The translations under genes were made by a program, and so were the position numbers. Under the pieces are notes generated by a model. That model had not been told where the DNA came from and did not search any database. It worked only from the letters and a program-made list of their open reading frames with translations. From positions 1 to 47,931 of the forward strand of contig SIBS01000004.1 in NCBI GenBank assembly GCA_009695045.1: DNA of 47,931 nt, written 5' to 3'. This stretch comes from Candidatus Levyibacteriota bacterium (GTDB taxonomy: Bacteria; Patescibacteriota; Microgenomatia; Levybacterales; UBA12049). Below, one piece after another: positions 28,792 to 38,957 of this stretch; positions within the stretch are counted from its first letter, which is position 1, and the number at the start of each line of letters is the position of its first letter.

Positions 28792-30543
28792 CTACATTTT
28801 TTCTGGAACAGGTATTCCAAGAATCTTAAGACCATCACGTAAAACTATTCCTACAGCAGTAGTTAAATGTATCCTAAACCCTCTTTGATCTGATTCCAAA
28901 ATTTTGTGCTTTTGATAAAAAATATTAAATTGCTGGGCAAGACTAAATAAATAAGTACATAAAATATGTGGTGAAAACATATTAGCTGATTCATTTATCA
29001 CATCCGCATACTGAATAATCATTCGAAGTAATAATAATTCATCCTTGCTACTAGACTCTGGTATCTGGAAAATAAACTTATCCATGCTTTCTATTTCTAA
29101 TCTTGCAAGAATACTCTGAGTCCTCACATATGCATATTGCAAATAGGGACCAGAATTACCATCTAGAGATATTGATTCATCGAAGTTGAATAATACATCA
29201 GATCCAAGTGAAAATTTAAGCAGAGAGTACTTCACAGCCCCTAGTGCTACTTTCTCCGATGAGTCCTCACTCATTTTTACATAACGATCTTGAATTTGAT
29301 GCATTGATTCATCTAATAACCATTCGCCTGTAATCACGTTTCCCTTTCGACTAGACATTTTTCCCTCTGGTATGCGAACCATACCATGCGATATGTGTTT
29401 TGTCTTTACCGCAATATCTGGATAAATTAACTCTAGCGCTTTAAGAAGGACTCGAAAATATTCATTAATTTCATTTCCCGTGACTATAACTGACATGTCA
29501 TAAGAAAAATCTTTATATTTACGAGGAGCCAGTCCTAATTCCTTTGCTTCATAAGTAGGAAGTCCTAATGAATTTATAAAAACACGATTATGTAATCCAT
29601 ATTTTTCTCCTGGGAAAATAATTGCACCATCACTTTCTTCAAAGATACCCTTTAATTGATACTCTTTGACAATCTTTGACCCTTCTGGACCCACTTCACT
29701 TTCAAAATAATAATTATCAAATTTTGTTCCTAATCTAGCATAAATTGTTTCAAAATATTTCAAGCTCCATTCACGTCCAACATTATATGCAGGCATAACT
29801 TCTATGTCTTTGTCATATATTTTTTTATTAAGTACCTTTATTTGCTCTGCAGCCTGAGAATCATCCTCAAATGCTCTTGATCCATATGAATAAGCGTCTC
29901 CTAAAAATTTTATCTTCTCATGAAGACTCTTCTCTTCAAGATTTGCTATTCTCAAGACTAGATCTTGCCCAGATTTATTTTCTAAATTCTGCATAAATCC
30001 CCACACTGCTTTCGCAACATGCATCCCTACATCACCTTGATAAATTACCCTACGAACATTCGCACCTTGTGCCTCAAGTAAACGAGAAAGCGATTCACCA
30101 ACGATATTACTATAGAGATGGCCTATGTGAAATTCCTTAAAAGGGTTAGTATCCGTAAACTCTATCATTATTTTTTCTCGATTCCTTGTTTTAATTGCCA
30201 AATCAATCTGTTTATTATCTATCAGTAAGCCGATTGAGGTGCTAATAAATTTCTTTGACAACCAGAAATTTATAAAGCCAGGATTAACAACATTTATCTC
30301 GTCTATAATCTCATCATTTAAAGCAAGATATCGTTCTTTTATTATTTCAGCAAGATCTAATGAGGAAGAAGCAATGTTGTTTTTTATCGCATCCACCGAC
30401 AACTGCATCGCAATGCTTGTTGTGTAATCCGCATGCTTAAGACTAGTTGGATGAGTAACTTTTACATTTTTATCAAATAATCCCAAACCAATCAGAATAT
30501 ATATTAGCTGATCTGCGATATGCTCACTTACATCAAGTATCAT
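28792..30543 (-). CDS. argS: Arginine--tRNA ligase
   Basis: PGFINF, EFTDTNPFKEFHIGH, KMSSRKG, GNSGPYLQYAYVR, C-terminal PEKM. Confidence 0.96.
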   Translation of the reverse strand: MILDVSEHIADQLIYILIGLGLFDKNVKVTHPTSLKHADYTTSIAMQLSVDAIKNNIASSSLDLAEIIKERYLALNDEIIDEINVVNPGFINFWLSKKFISTSIGLLIDNKQIDLAIKTRNREKIMIEFTDTNPFKEFHIGHLYSNIVGESLSRLLEAQGANVRRVIYQGDVGMHVAKAVWGFMQNLENKSGQDLVLRIANLEEKSLHEKIKFLGDAYSYGSRAFEDDSQAAEQIKVLNKKIYDKDIEVMPAYNVGREWSLKYFETIYARLGTKFDNYYFESEVGPEGSKIVKEYQLKGIFEESDGAIIFPGEKYGLHNRVFINSLGLPTYEAKELGLAPRKYKDFSYDMSVIVTGNEINEYFRVLLKALELIYPDIAVKTKHISHGMVRIPEGKMSSRKGNVITGEWLLDESMHQIQDRYVKMSEDSSEKVALGAVKYSLLKFSLGSDVLFNFDESISLDGNSGPYLQYAYVRTQSILARLEIESMDKFIFQIPESSSKDELLLLRMIIQYADVINESANMFSPHILCTYLFSLAQQFNIFYQKHKILESDQRGFRIHLTTAVGIVLRDGLKILGIPVPEKM

Positions 30544-30610
30544 AAAGCAAGTATATCATTGCAATTAGTAAATTAAGGATAAATCACGACCACAAAGCTA
30601 AAACCACCTA

Positions 30611-30639
30611 TTGACATTGCATTAGGCGATTGTTAATCT
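30611..30639 (+). promoter_or_regulatory. Sigma70-type promoter, leaderless configuration
   Basis: TTGACA, 17 bp, TAATCT with TG extension; 6 nt to ATG 30646. Confidence 0.7.
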
Positions 30640-30645
30640 AACGCT

Positions 30646-31008
30646 ATGCAGCATTTGCTAATTATCGACAATGACATGCCTCAAAATTTCATCACTATTC
30701 TTAAATCAGAAAATTTTCATTTAACCTGCGCGCTAGATGGAAAAACTGGACTAGAAAAAGCTAAAGAAAAACCAATAATGATACTCTTAGCCCAAATGCT
30801 ACCAGACATAAGTGGAAACGAAGTACTTAAATTACTAAAATCAGATGATATTACAAAAAATATCCCAGTAGTTATCCTATCTAATCTTAGTGATCAGGAA
30901 AGAATAAGTGAAGCACTTGCTCTTGGTGCAATAGAATATATTATCAAATATCTAGTTAGCGCTGAAGATCTTGCTAAAAAAATAAGAAAAATTATACCTC
31001 AAGAATAA
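30646..31008 (+). CDS. Stand-alone atypical receiver (CheY-like) domain lacking the phosphoacceptor Asp
   Basis: Receiver-fold motifs (LIIDND, MLPDISGNEVL, IPVVILSN, GAIEYIIK) but ILLAQMLP in place of ILLDxMLP. Confidence 0.85.
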   Translation: MQHLLIIDNDMPQNFITILKSENFHLTCALDGKTGLEKAKEKPIMILLAQMLPDISGNEVLKLLKSDDITKNIPVVILSNLSDQERISEALALGAIEYIIKYLVSAEDLAKKIRKIIPQE

Positions 31009-31226
31009 AATATTAACAAAATCCCATTACTTAAATCATATTTATTTTATAAAAACTGGAACAAATTATTCAGAGATTTTAAATCAGACAAACATATCTA
31101 TTTATATCAAAATCTAGCACTAAAAAAGTTATACTGATTAAAATAATGCTATTTTATAAAATCTATTAATTAGCAATTATAATTATGAAGTGATAATAAT
31201 AAAACGGGTTGATATAGCAATCCTTT

Positions 31227-32093
31227 TCAATATATAGCTTCTATACTACTTCCATTTGTTATCAAATCTATATCGCCTAAGGTATCTGTTCTTAGTACTA
31301 AGATATGCTTCTTTGTTAATAAGTTAAGTATCTCAGATGATGGATGCCCGTATGAGTTTTTTCCCACAGATATGATTGCAATCCGTGGATTAAGTATGGC
31401 AATAAGACGCTCATCAAGGCCAAATCGCGATCCATGATGTGGAACCTGTAATACTGAGACCGTATCATGATACTTACTTAATGCATCATTTAATGGATTA
31501 GCCTGACTATCGCCAGTAATCATAAATTTTATACTTCCATATGAAATACGAAATACAAGCGAACCAAACTCCCTACTCTCCCCAATTTTACCATTCGGAC
31601 TTGTCTTATTAAGTAAATCTCTTGATGGACTTATTATCTCTATTCCTACACCATCAGAAGTTGTAAATTTATCCCCTGCTGTTACATAGCGAGGCTTTAA
31701 ATTCATTCTAGTAATAACTTCTTTAAAGAAAATGAATGAGGGAATTGGATTATCCAATTGCTCTGTGCTAAATGAAGACACATTAAATTGCTGCAAAACA
31801 TCAATAAGACCAATAAAATGATCTTCATGTGGATGAGAAAGGAAAACTTCTGAAATATTCCTCTCCCAAAAGGGTAAGTGTCTATGTAAACAGTCTATAA
31901 TTTTCTTATCTGGTCCGCCATCAATAATAAAATTAATGCCACTTGGAGTTCTCAGCAATACTCCATCTCCTTGACCAACGTCACAAAATACAACATGAAG
32001 CTTACCATCAAAAAAAATATATCTTTGATAAATTATCATTCCAAAAAGAACAAAAAGAATACAAAAACTACCTATCAATATTTTTTTTAGCAT
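31227..32093 (-). CDS. ComEC-type metallo-beta-lactamase-fold protein (separately encoded)
   Basis: DVGQGD, IDGG, SHPHEDH, TGD, VPHHGS, SVGKNSYGHP, RTD..G. Confidence 0.92.
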   Translation of the reverse strand: MLKKILIGSFCILFVLFGMIIYQRYIFFDGKLHVVFCDVGQGDGVLLRTPSGINFIIDGGPDKKIIDCLHRHLPFWERNISEVFLSHPHEDHFIGLIDVLQQFNVSSFSTEQLDNPIPSFIFFKEVITRMNLKPRYVTAGDKFTTSDGVGIEIISPSRDLLNKTSPNGKIGESREFGSLVFRISYGSIKFMITGDSQANPLNDALSKYHDTVSVLQVPHHGSRFGLDERLIAILNPRIAIISVGKNSYGHPSSEILNLLTKKHILVLRTDTLGDIDLITNGSSIEAIY

Positions 32094-33348
32094 ATATCTG
32101 CTTCAGTCCCATAACGATACTTACTAATAAGCAGTAATATCCAATTATAATTGGTACTGAAGCCTTCTCAATAACGATACCTATTGGAATATCGCCAAAA
32201 AATTGGGTAATAAATATAAAGTAAGAAAGGAATGGAATTGATAAAAAAAGAATAAATTTTCCAATAATTGGTATAAAAAGTCCAATTACCCCAACAAAAC
32301 TACCAATTACCATTAAAGGCGGAATAACCCACAAAACTAATGGATTAACTACTAACGAAATTAATGAATATGTACCAAAATTTACAAGCAGAATTGGTAT
32401 CGTAGCCAATTGTGCAGATATAGTGGTTAGAATATCAGCTCCAATAGGACTATTTATCAGAAACTTTTCTATTCGCAAGGGTAGAGCTTTTGGTAAAAAT
32501 AATATGCCCAAAGTTGCAGCAAAAGAAAGTTGAAATCCTATATCGAAAAGCAAATATGGCCAAAATAAAAGCATCATCCATCCCGTTAATAATACTATAT
32601 ACCAGCTAAGAACCTGTCTTCCCATTATTTGTGCTGAAAAAACAAGCCCACCCATTATTGACGCACGCAAAATTGAGGCTTCTAAGCCAGAAAAAACTGC
32701 ATAAAAAGCAATCACAAATAAAGTAAGGATCAATGCATATTGCCGTTTGAAAAAAACAATAAAAAGATTACTTACAAACGCTGCAACAAGCGTGACGTTC
32801 ATTCCCGAAGCGGCAACAACATGTAATACTCCGGATATACGAAGTTTATCCATAAACTCATTCGACATATCCTCTTTTATACCAAAAACAATTCCCAATA
32901 GTAGGCTTGCATGTGTCTTTGGGAGCGTATTTCTATATAATGATATTGTCTTTTGGCGGACTATATAAGTAGCTGCTAATATATTGTTTTGATCTTTTTT
33001 CTGAGCCTCAATTTGGGGCAAAAACATTGATAATGCAACCCTTTTTCTATCTAGCACTTGGTCATTTTGATTGCTAATATCAGGCGTGATAGTTTTATGA
33101 ACTCTACCTGAAATATAAATAGTTTGTCCATAATGAAATAATGGAAAATGATTTGCTCGTATAAAAACACGCTCACCATTTGCTAGTATCACTGATAATT
33201 CTTGGAATCTTCCTTTTTCACGCGGCTGAGTAAGTAACGTTGTACTAAAATTAAGCATTTGACCATCAATAATGCTATGTTGTTTATAGTAGAAAATATA
33301 GAATCTAAAAAGTAAAACAACAATTATAAAAAAAATAAAAAATTTCAT
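32068..33348 (-). CDS. comEC: ComEC/Rec2 competence membrane channel domain
   Basis: SGVLHVVAASGMNV, SILRASIM, DIGFQLSFAATLGI; multiple TMs. ATG 33348 preferred. Confidence 0.92.
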   Translation of the reverse strand: MKFFIFFIIVVLLFRFYIFYYKQHSIIDGQMLNFSTTLLTQPREKGRFQELSVILANGERVFIRANHFPLFHYGQTIYISGRVHKTITPDISNQNDQVLDRKRVALSMFLPQIEAQKKDQNNILAATYIVRQKTISLYRNTLPKTHASLLLGIVFGIKEDMSNEFMDKLRISGVLHVVAASGMNVTLVAAFVSNLFIVFFKRQYALILTLFVIAFYAVFSGLEASILRASIMGGLVFSAQIMGRQVLSWYIVLLTGWMMLLFWPYLLFDIGFQLSFAATLGILFLPKALPLRIEKFLINSPIGADILTTISAQLATIPILLVNFGTYSLISLVVNPLVLWVIPPLMVIGSFVGVIGLFIPIIGKFILFLSIPFLSYFIFITQFFGDIPIGIVIEKASVPIIIGYYCLLVSIVMGLKQIYAKKNIDR

Positions 33349-33419
33349 TAACTGTCGCCACAGAGAGATAATTACAATCAAAAATCCCCTATTTCATAAA
33401 TCCTGCCTAATTGATGCGC

Positions 33420-34058
33420 TTAGTACACTGATATCTTATCTTTTATCTGCTCAAATACCTTACTGGACAATATCTTCTTCTTTAATAATTCATCTATTGC
33501 TGAAAATGGCCTACCATCTATAATTTTTTGTGCAGAAACTATGCCTATACCAGAAAGCGTATCCAAATCGCTTAAGCTTGCAGAATTAATATTTATCAAT
33601 CCATTTAAAGTAAAATTATCGGAGTTTCCTAAAACCGCCTTGCTATCTTGTATAGGCCTAGATACTTCTCCGATAGATGGTATGTATATCTTTTGTCCAT
33701 CAGTAATTTTCTGTGCTAAATTAATGTTTTTTGCAACCCATTTCCTATCTGCATTCCCAGATAATCCACCAGCAGATATAAGTGCATCTTGCATTCTAGC
33801 TAAATTAGTAAGTGAATACATTCCCGGATTTACCACTGATCCACTCACGTCAATAACTATTTTTTCAGCAACTTCTAAAATATTTCTTTCATCACTAGAC
33901 TCAAAAACTACTTTATTTTCAGAATTTTTTGAAAATATTAAAGTAATCAGACCATATCCAATCAATATCAAACCTATGCAACCAAGAGCTAATGGAACAA
34001 TATGAAGTCTTACCAACGGTGAATGTTCTTGCCAAAAATCTTGCAGGATTTCTTTCAT
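33420..34058 (-). CDS. comEA: Competence DNA-binding protein ComEA
   Basis: TM, SLBB domain (IDVSGSVVNPG...INLAQKITDGQKIYIP), HhH (ININSAS..DLDTLSGIG..SAQKII). Confidence 0.94.
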   Translation of the reverse strand: MKEILQDFWQEHSPLVRLHIVPLALGCIGLILIGYGLITLIFSKNSENKVVFESSDERNILEVAEKIVIDVSGSVVNPGMYSLTNLARMQDALISAGGLSGNADRKWVAKNINLAQKITDGQKIYIPSIGEVSRPIQDSKAVLGNSDNFTLNGLININSASLSDLDTLSGIGIVSAQKIIDGRPFSAIDELLKKKILSSKVFEQIKDKISVY

Positions 34059-34128
34059 TACTTTATTTTCACTTATTATTCCCCCGTTTTAATAGCAAAC
34101 GAGTAAAATTATTAATATATTAAAATAT

Positions 34129-36780
34129 TTAATTAGTAACAAAGTTTATTATTTTACCTGGTACAAAGATTATTTTTTGATTATCATCATTTAGATACTG
34201 TTGAATCCTATCAAGACTTCTTGCCACATTCTCTACCTCATTCTTATTCATTGCTTTATCACTTTCTATTATAAAAGAATCGCGCAATTTACCGTTGACT
34301 TGCACAACTATTGTCAACTCATCATCCACTAACAACGAATCATTATAGGTAGGCCATGCCTGTTTGTGAATACTAGCACTTTGCATATGCATATTTTGCC
34401 AAAGCTCCTCCGTAAGATGTGGAGCAAAAGGCGCAAGTAGTTTGAGAAATACTAAATAATCTTCCCTATCTAGTCTTTCTTGTTTTACTAAAAAATTATA
34501 ATACTCCATTAAGGCTGAAATTGCAGTATTATAGCGAAAATTACTTAAATCATTTGTTACCTTCTTAATTGTCTTATGGCGCATTACTCGAGTTGCTGTC
34601 ACGCCCATTGAAGCAGTGCTGCTCTTTTCTATCAATACCCATACTCGCTTGAGGAATCGATAGATACCCTCAAGGCCACTATCGAAAAAATCTCCACCAT
34701 CAGAAAAAGGACCAATAAACATTAGGTATGTTCGAAGTGTATCTGCTCCATATTTTTGAATGTATATATCTGGGATGACAACATTCCCCTTGCTCTTGCT
34801 CATTTTTGCACCATCTTTAATTATAAGTCCATGTGCAAAGAAATTGGAAAATGGTTCTTCAAAATTAGAACAAAGACCATTATCTTTAAATACCATAGAA
34901 ATAAATCTTGAATATAATAAATGCAAGACAGAGTGCTCGGATCCACCGACATACTGAGCCACGGGAAGCCAATTGCGAATCCTCTTTGCAGCATTGCCGG
35001 CTTTCTCTTTTAATACATAAGACTTGTTTGATAACTGAGATTCTTGTTCAAATATTTCTGAACCAAAAGGTATATTATCAAATTCTGTAAAAAGATAACG
35101 GAAAAAATACCAGCTAGAATCCAAAAAAGTATCCGATACATCTGTTTCACGCTTGGCTTCTTTTCTACAATAAGGACAAATCGTATTATAAAATTCAGGG
35201 TGACTTTCAAGTGGTGATTTTCCGGTTCCTAACGGCTTATAATCTTCAATATGCGGTAATTCTATTGGCAACTTATCATCTAAAACAGGATGCCAACCAA
35301 TCATTGAAGAATTATCTTCATTTTTTTTAAGCCCATTAACTGTAAACCATGATTTTCCTAAAGAAGCACAATTTGAGCAATAAATCATTGGAATAGGTGG
35401 TCCCCAATATCGCTGACGAGAAATGAGCCAATCCCGAAGATGATAACTTGTTATTCTTTTTCCCCATTTCTTTTCCTCTAGATAATCCATTATCTTATTA
35501 GATGCCTCGCTAGTCTCCATGTCATCGAGAAATTTAGAGTTAATCATGGTTCCTTCTTTTTCTTGTACATTATTTTCATTTGTGATCTCAGAAGTATCTC
35601 CATCTTTACCAACAACAACTCTAATTATGGGTATTCCGAATGTTGTGGCAAATTGAAAATCTCGAACATCATGTCCCGGAACACCTACCACTGCACCAGT
35701 ACCAACATCCCCAATAACAAAATCACTTATCCAAATAGGTAATTTTGCATCATTAAGATTATTAAAGGCATAAAGACCTGTAAAAACTCCTGTTTTTATT
35801 CTTCCATCTACCATACGTTCCATTTCTGTTTTATTTTTTCCTATTTCAACATAAGAATTAATTTCATCTCGAATATTTCTAGATATCACTATCTCATTAG
35901 ATGAATCTAGCATCAATGTTACTAATTCATGTTCTGGACCAATAACTACGAATGTTGCACCAAAATTAGTATCTGGCCTAGTAGTAAAAACAGTTACAGA
36001 TAGGCTATTTTTACCATTATTAGGAGCTTTACCATTACCGTAAACTACTGGATAAATAATATTTATTCCATCTTTTTTACCAATCCATTGTTTTTGTGAT
36101 ATTTTAACTTTTTCTGACCATTTTAGAGAATCTATGTTTTTATCTAAGCGATCTGCATATTTTGTTATTCGGAAAAACCACTGCTCTAAATCCTTTTTCT
36201 CAACAAGATTACTGCAGCGCTCACAATTCCCATCAATTACCTGTTCGTCCGAGAGTACAGTCTTACAATCGGGGCACCAATTTACAGGAGACTTCTTTCT
36301 ATATGCTAATCCATTTTTAAAAAGAAGAATAAAAATCCATTGTGTCCATTTATAATATCTTGGATCATATGTCTCCAGTGTTCTTGTCCAGTCAAATCCA
36401 TTTCCTATGCTTCTCAGTTGTCTATAGAAATTCTGCTCTGTAATTTTTGATTGCTCCATTGGGTGCTCACCAATTTTAAGTGCGTAGTTCTCTGAATGAA
36501 TACCAAAACCATCCAAGCCAATTGGCTGCAAAACATCATATCCCTGCATACGCTTAAATCGACCATAAATATCGCTACCCGTAAAAGCGTAGACATTTCC
36601 AACATGAAGTCCCCCCGCTGATGGATAAGGAAACATCATAAGATTATAAAAGGGTTTTTTTGCGTTATCTAAATCTGGCGAATAGACCTTGTCTTCTTCC
36701 CATTTTTTTTGCCAACGAGATTCAATTTCGGAAGGATGATATTCTTCACCTGTTTTTTGTTCTTCTATGGGGTTTTTCAT
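34129..36780 (-). CDS. leuS: Leucine--tRNA ligase
   Basis: MFPYPS..GLHVGN, FTTRPDT, DWLISRQRYWG, DTFLDSSWY, KMSKSKGN, VQVNGKLR. Confidence 0.97.
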   Translation of the reverse strand: MKNPIEEQKTGEEYHPSEIESRWQKKWEEDKVYSPDLDNAKKPFYNLMMFPYPSAGGLHVGNVYAFTGSDIYGRFKRMQGYDVLQPIGLDGFGIHSENYALKIGEHPMEQSKITEQNFYRQLRSIGNGFDWTRTLETYDPRYYKWTQWIFILLFKNGLAYRKKSPVNWCPDCKTVLSDEQVIDGNCERCSNLVEKKDLEQWFFRITKYADRLDKNIDSLKWSEKVKISQKQWIGKKDGINIIYPVVYGNGKAPNNGKNSLSVTVFTTRPDTNFGATFVVIGPEHELVTLMLDSSNEIVISRNIRDEINSYVEIGKNKTEMERMVDGRIKTGVFTGLYAFNNLNDAKLPIWISDFVIGDVGTGAVVGVPGHDVRDFQFATTFGIPIIRVVVGKDGDTSEITNENNVQEKEGTMINSKFLDDMETSEASNKIMDYLEEKKWGKRITSYHLRDWLISRQRYWGPPIPMIYCSNCASLGKSWFTVNGLKKNEDNSSMIGWHPVLDDKLPIELPHIEDYKPLGTGKSPLESHPEFYNTICPYCRKEAKRETDVSDTFLDSSWYFFRYLFTEFDNIPFGSEIFEQESQLSNKSYVLKEKAGNAAKRIRNWLPVAQYVGGSEHSVLHLLYSRFISMVFKDNGLCSNFEEPFSNFFAHGLIIKDGAKMSKSKGNVVIPDIYIQKYGADTLRTYLMFIGPFSDGGDFFDSGLEGIYRFLKRVWVLIEKSSTASMGVTATRVMRHKTIKKVTNDLSNFRYNTAISALMEYYNFLVKQERLDREDYLVFLKLLAPFAPHLTEELWQNMHMQSASIHKQAWPTYNDSLLVDDELTIVVQVNGKLRDSFIIESDKAMNKNEVENVARSLDRIQQYLNDDNQKIIFVPGKIINFVTN

Positions 36781-37071
36781 AATCTATTTTGATGATTAAG
36801 ATTTATAATGATTAGTATATCATATCCGCTATTTACCCTCATAAAAACATTAATAAAATTATTAAATATCTCATTTATAAAAAATAACACTTATAAAAAT
36901 ACTATTTATTATTTTAAAAAACACTAATTTAATAATTAATTGTAAATATCAAAATATATCAAAAGATATATTAATATATTAATACAAATGTTAATTAATG
37001 AATCATCTATTTTACTTGCTTTCCTATAGCTAATTCCGATAGTATGATTAAAAGACTTAAAATATTTTTAT

Positions 37072-37704
37072 ATGAAATTACTTTGGCAATCAATTTGTCT
37101 TATTGGATCATTTATATTTGTCTTTATATGGCAAAATACCATATTATCTATATATACAATCCAGATATTTGGTTCACTGATTACGATTTTCATACTTGTA
37201 TCTTTTAAAAAAAAGGGGCTCAATCCATTCAATAACATCGATAACGATGAACCTTTTAGTATTGCTATACTATGTATCATAATGCTACTTCTTGTTTTTT
37301 CAACAGGTGGTATTAGTTCCCCATTATTCTTCCTTTTATATTTTTTAATTTTTAGTATTGCATTTGTCTTTGAGCCACCAGCTGTATTTATCTTTGCAAT
37401 TGGTATTTTTCTCATATTTCTACCCGATACGCTCAAGAATGATGTCTATGGAAATGCTATGCGCACTGGATCAATACTCCTAGTCTCGCCTCTTGGTTTT
37501 TTCTTTGGAAAAGAATACAGTAATCAAGAAGAAAAAAATAATATAATCGATAATATAGCTACCAAATCAACTAATGCATCAAATATAATTATAAATGACG
37601 CCACGGAAATCATTAATAATGAACCATCATTAAAAAAGGACAGTATTGAAAAAATAAATGAGATCCTAGACGAAGCAGAATCACTAAATCAATCAAATAA
37701 ATAA
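37072..37704 (+). CDS. Membrane protein with C-terminal cytoplasmic helical tail
   Basis: About 5-6 TM helices including STGGISSPLFFLLYF; polar helical C-terminus. Confidence 0.75.
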   Translation: MKLLWQSICLIGSFIFVFIWQNTILSIYTIQIFGSLITIFILVSFKKKGLNPFNNIDNDEPFSIAILCIIMLLLVFSTGGISSPLFFLLYFLIFSIAFVFEPPAVFIFAIGIFLIFLPDTLKNDVYGNAMRTGSILLVSPLGFFFGKEYSNQEEKNNIIDNIATKSTNASNIIINDATEIINNEPSLKKDSIEKINEILDEAESLNQSNK

Positions 37705-37729
37705 TTCTAAATTAAAATAATTCTGATAA

Positions 37730-38464
37730 ATGAAATTAATCATTGCTCTTCTTAGTCTTATTTTTATAATTTTAAGCTCAAAACAAGCACTTGCCCTAAC
37801 AATGTCCAATAGTAATTGGACTATACAATTTGGCAATTTTAATTCTGGAGCAGGAAAGACAACAAATTTAAATTATAAAATGGGAGTTACTATTGGTCAA
37901 ACTGCAGCAGGAATGTTTTCGGGAACAAATTATAAAACTCGATCTGGATTTCAATATATCAATGTTACTAGTGCATCATCATTTTCTATTTCAATATCCG
38001 AATTACTTATTGATTTTGGATCTCTTTCACCAGGTAATCCATCCAAGAGGACTAATACCATTAGGATATCCAATGGGCCAGTATCAGGATATACTGTAAC
38101 AGCTTCAGAAAGTAGCCAGTTAAGAGAATTAAGGACAGGTGATGTTATCGCAGACACTACCTGTGATGATGGGTCATGCACTGAAGCTATATCTTCTAGC
38201 TGGGATAGTCCCCTAACATATGGTTTTGGATATAGATGTGACAATATAACTGGTACCGATTGCACTAGTGATTTTACAACAGATAATTATTATAAACAAT
38301 TTGCAAATTCCTCTATACAAGAAAGCCCACAAAAAATAATGTCTGGCATAGGCGACTCTCTGGAAAAAGAAGTGAAAATTACTTATAAGGTGAATATTTC
38401 AAATTCCCAAGTCGCTGGTCAATATAGTAATTTTATCTCATTTATAGCCACTCCAGTCTTTTAG
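37730..38464 (+). CDS. Secreted WxL-like/pilin-like surface protein (small subunit)
   Basis: Signal peptide (..QALA), IDFG, SGYTVTA, GFGY, four Cys, C-terminal AGQYSNFISFIATPVF. Confidence 0.65.
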   Translation: MKLIIALLSLIFIILSSKQALALTMSNSNWTIQFGNFNSGAGKTTNLNYKMGVTIGQTAAGMFSGTNYKTRSGFQYINVTSASSFSISISELLIDFGSLSPGNPSKRTNTIRISNGPVSGYTVTASESSQLRELRTGDVIADTTCDDGSCTEAISSSWDSPLTYGFGYRCDNITGTDCTSDFTTDNYYKQFANSSIQESPQKIMSGIGDSLEKEVKITYKVNISNSQVAGQYSNFISFIATPVF

Positions 38465-38957
38465 ATTTTAGCTTGGTAAAATAATTATCTTTTTCAGCAT
38501 TAGCTCTTTTTAACTTTTCACAGATTTTATCCTAAAAAACATTGATTATAAATCAAAAATAAAAATTTATGCCTATAAAATTAGATGTTATCATAATTAG
38601 CTTTGATTATTGAACAATTTCTACTCTCAAATATGTATTCTTGGAGATAATATTTTACCATCGCCTCAATAAATTTTCACAGATTTTAGCCCTATTAAAT
38701 TCAAGTTTTTTATCTAGCATTTGGGATGAATGTCTGCTAATTATTATGTGGGATAAATTATAATTATTCAAAAAAATCATATTTACAGTAAAATCTATAA
38801 ATTAATATACTTATCTAAATCGCATATAGATAATTAATACTTAAATGTAATAAAAAACATTATTGCTCAATAAGGCCTATTCTTGCTTTATCCATATTGA
38901 TAGAATCAAGAAAAATGATACGATATATTCATGGTCAACATTTAATTTGATAAAGTA

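Noticed and set aside
36593-36610. LeuS HIGH motif variant HVGN as a sign of inactivation
   Set aside because: HxGN variants occur in functional class I synthetases; KMSKS, the editing domain and full length are intact.
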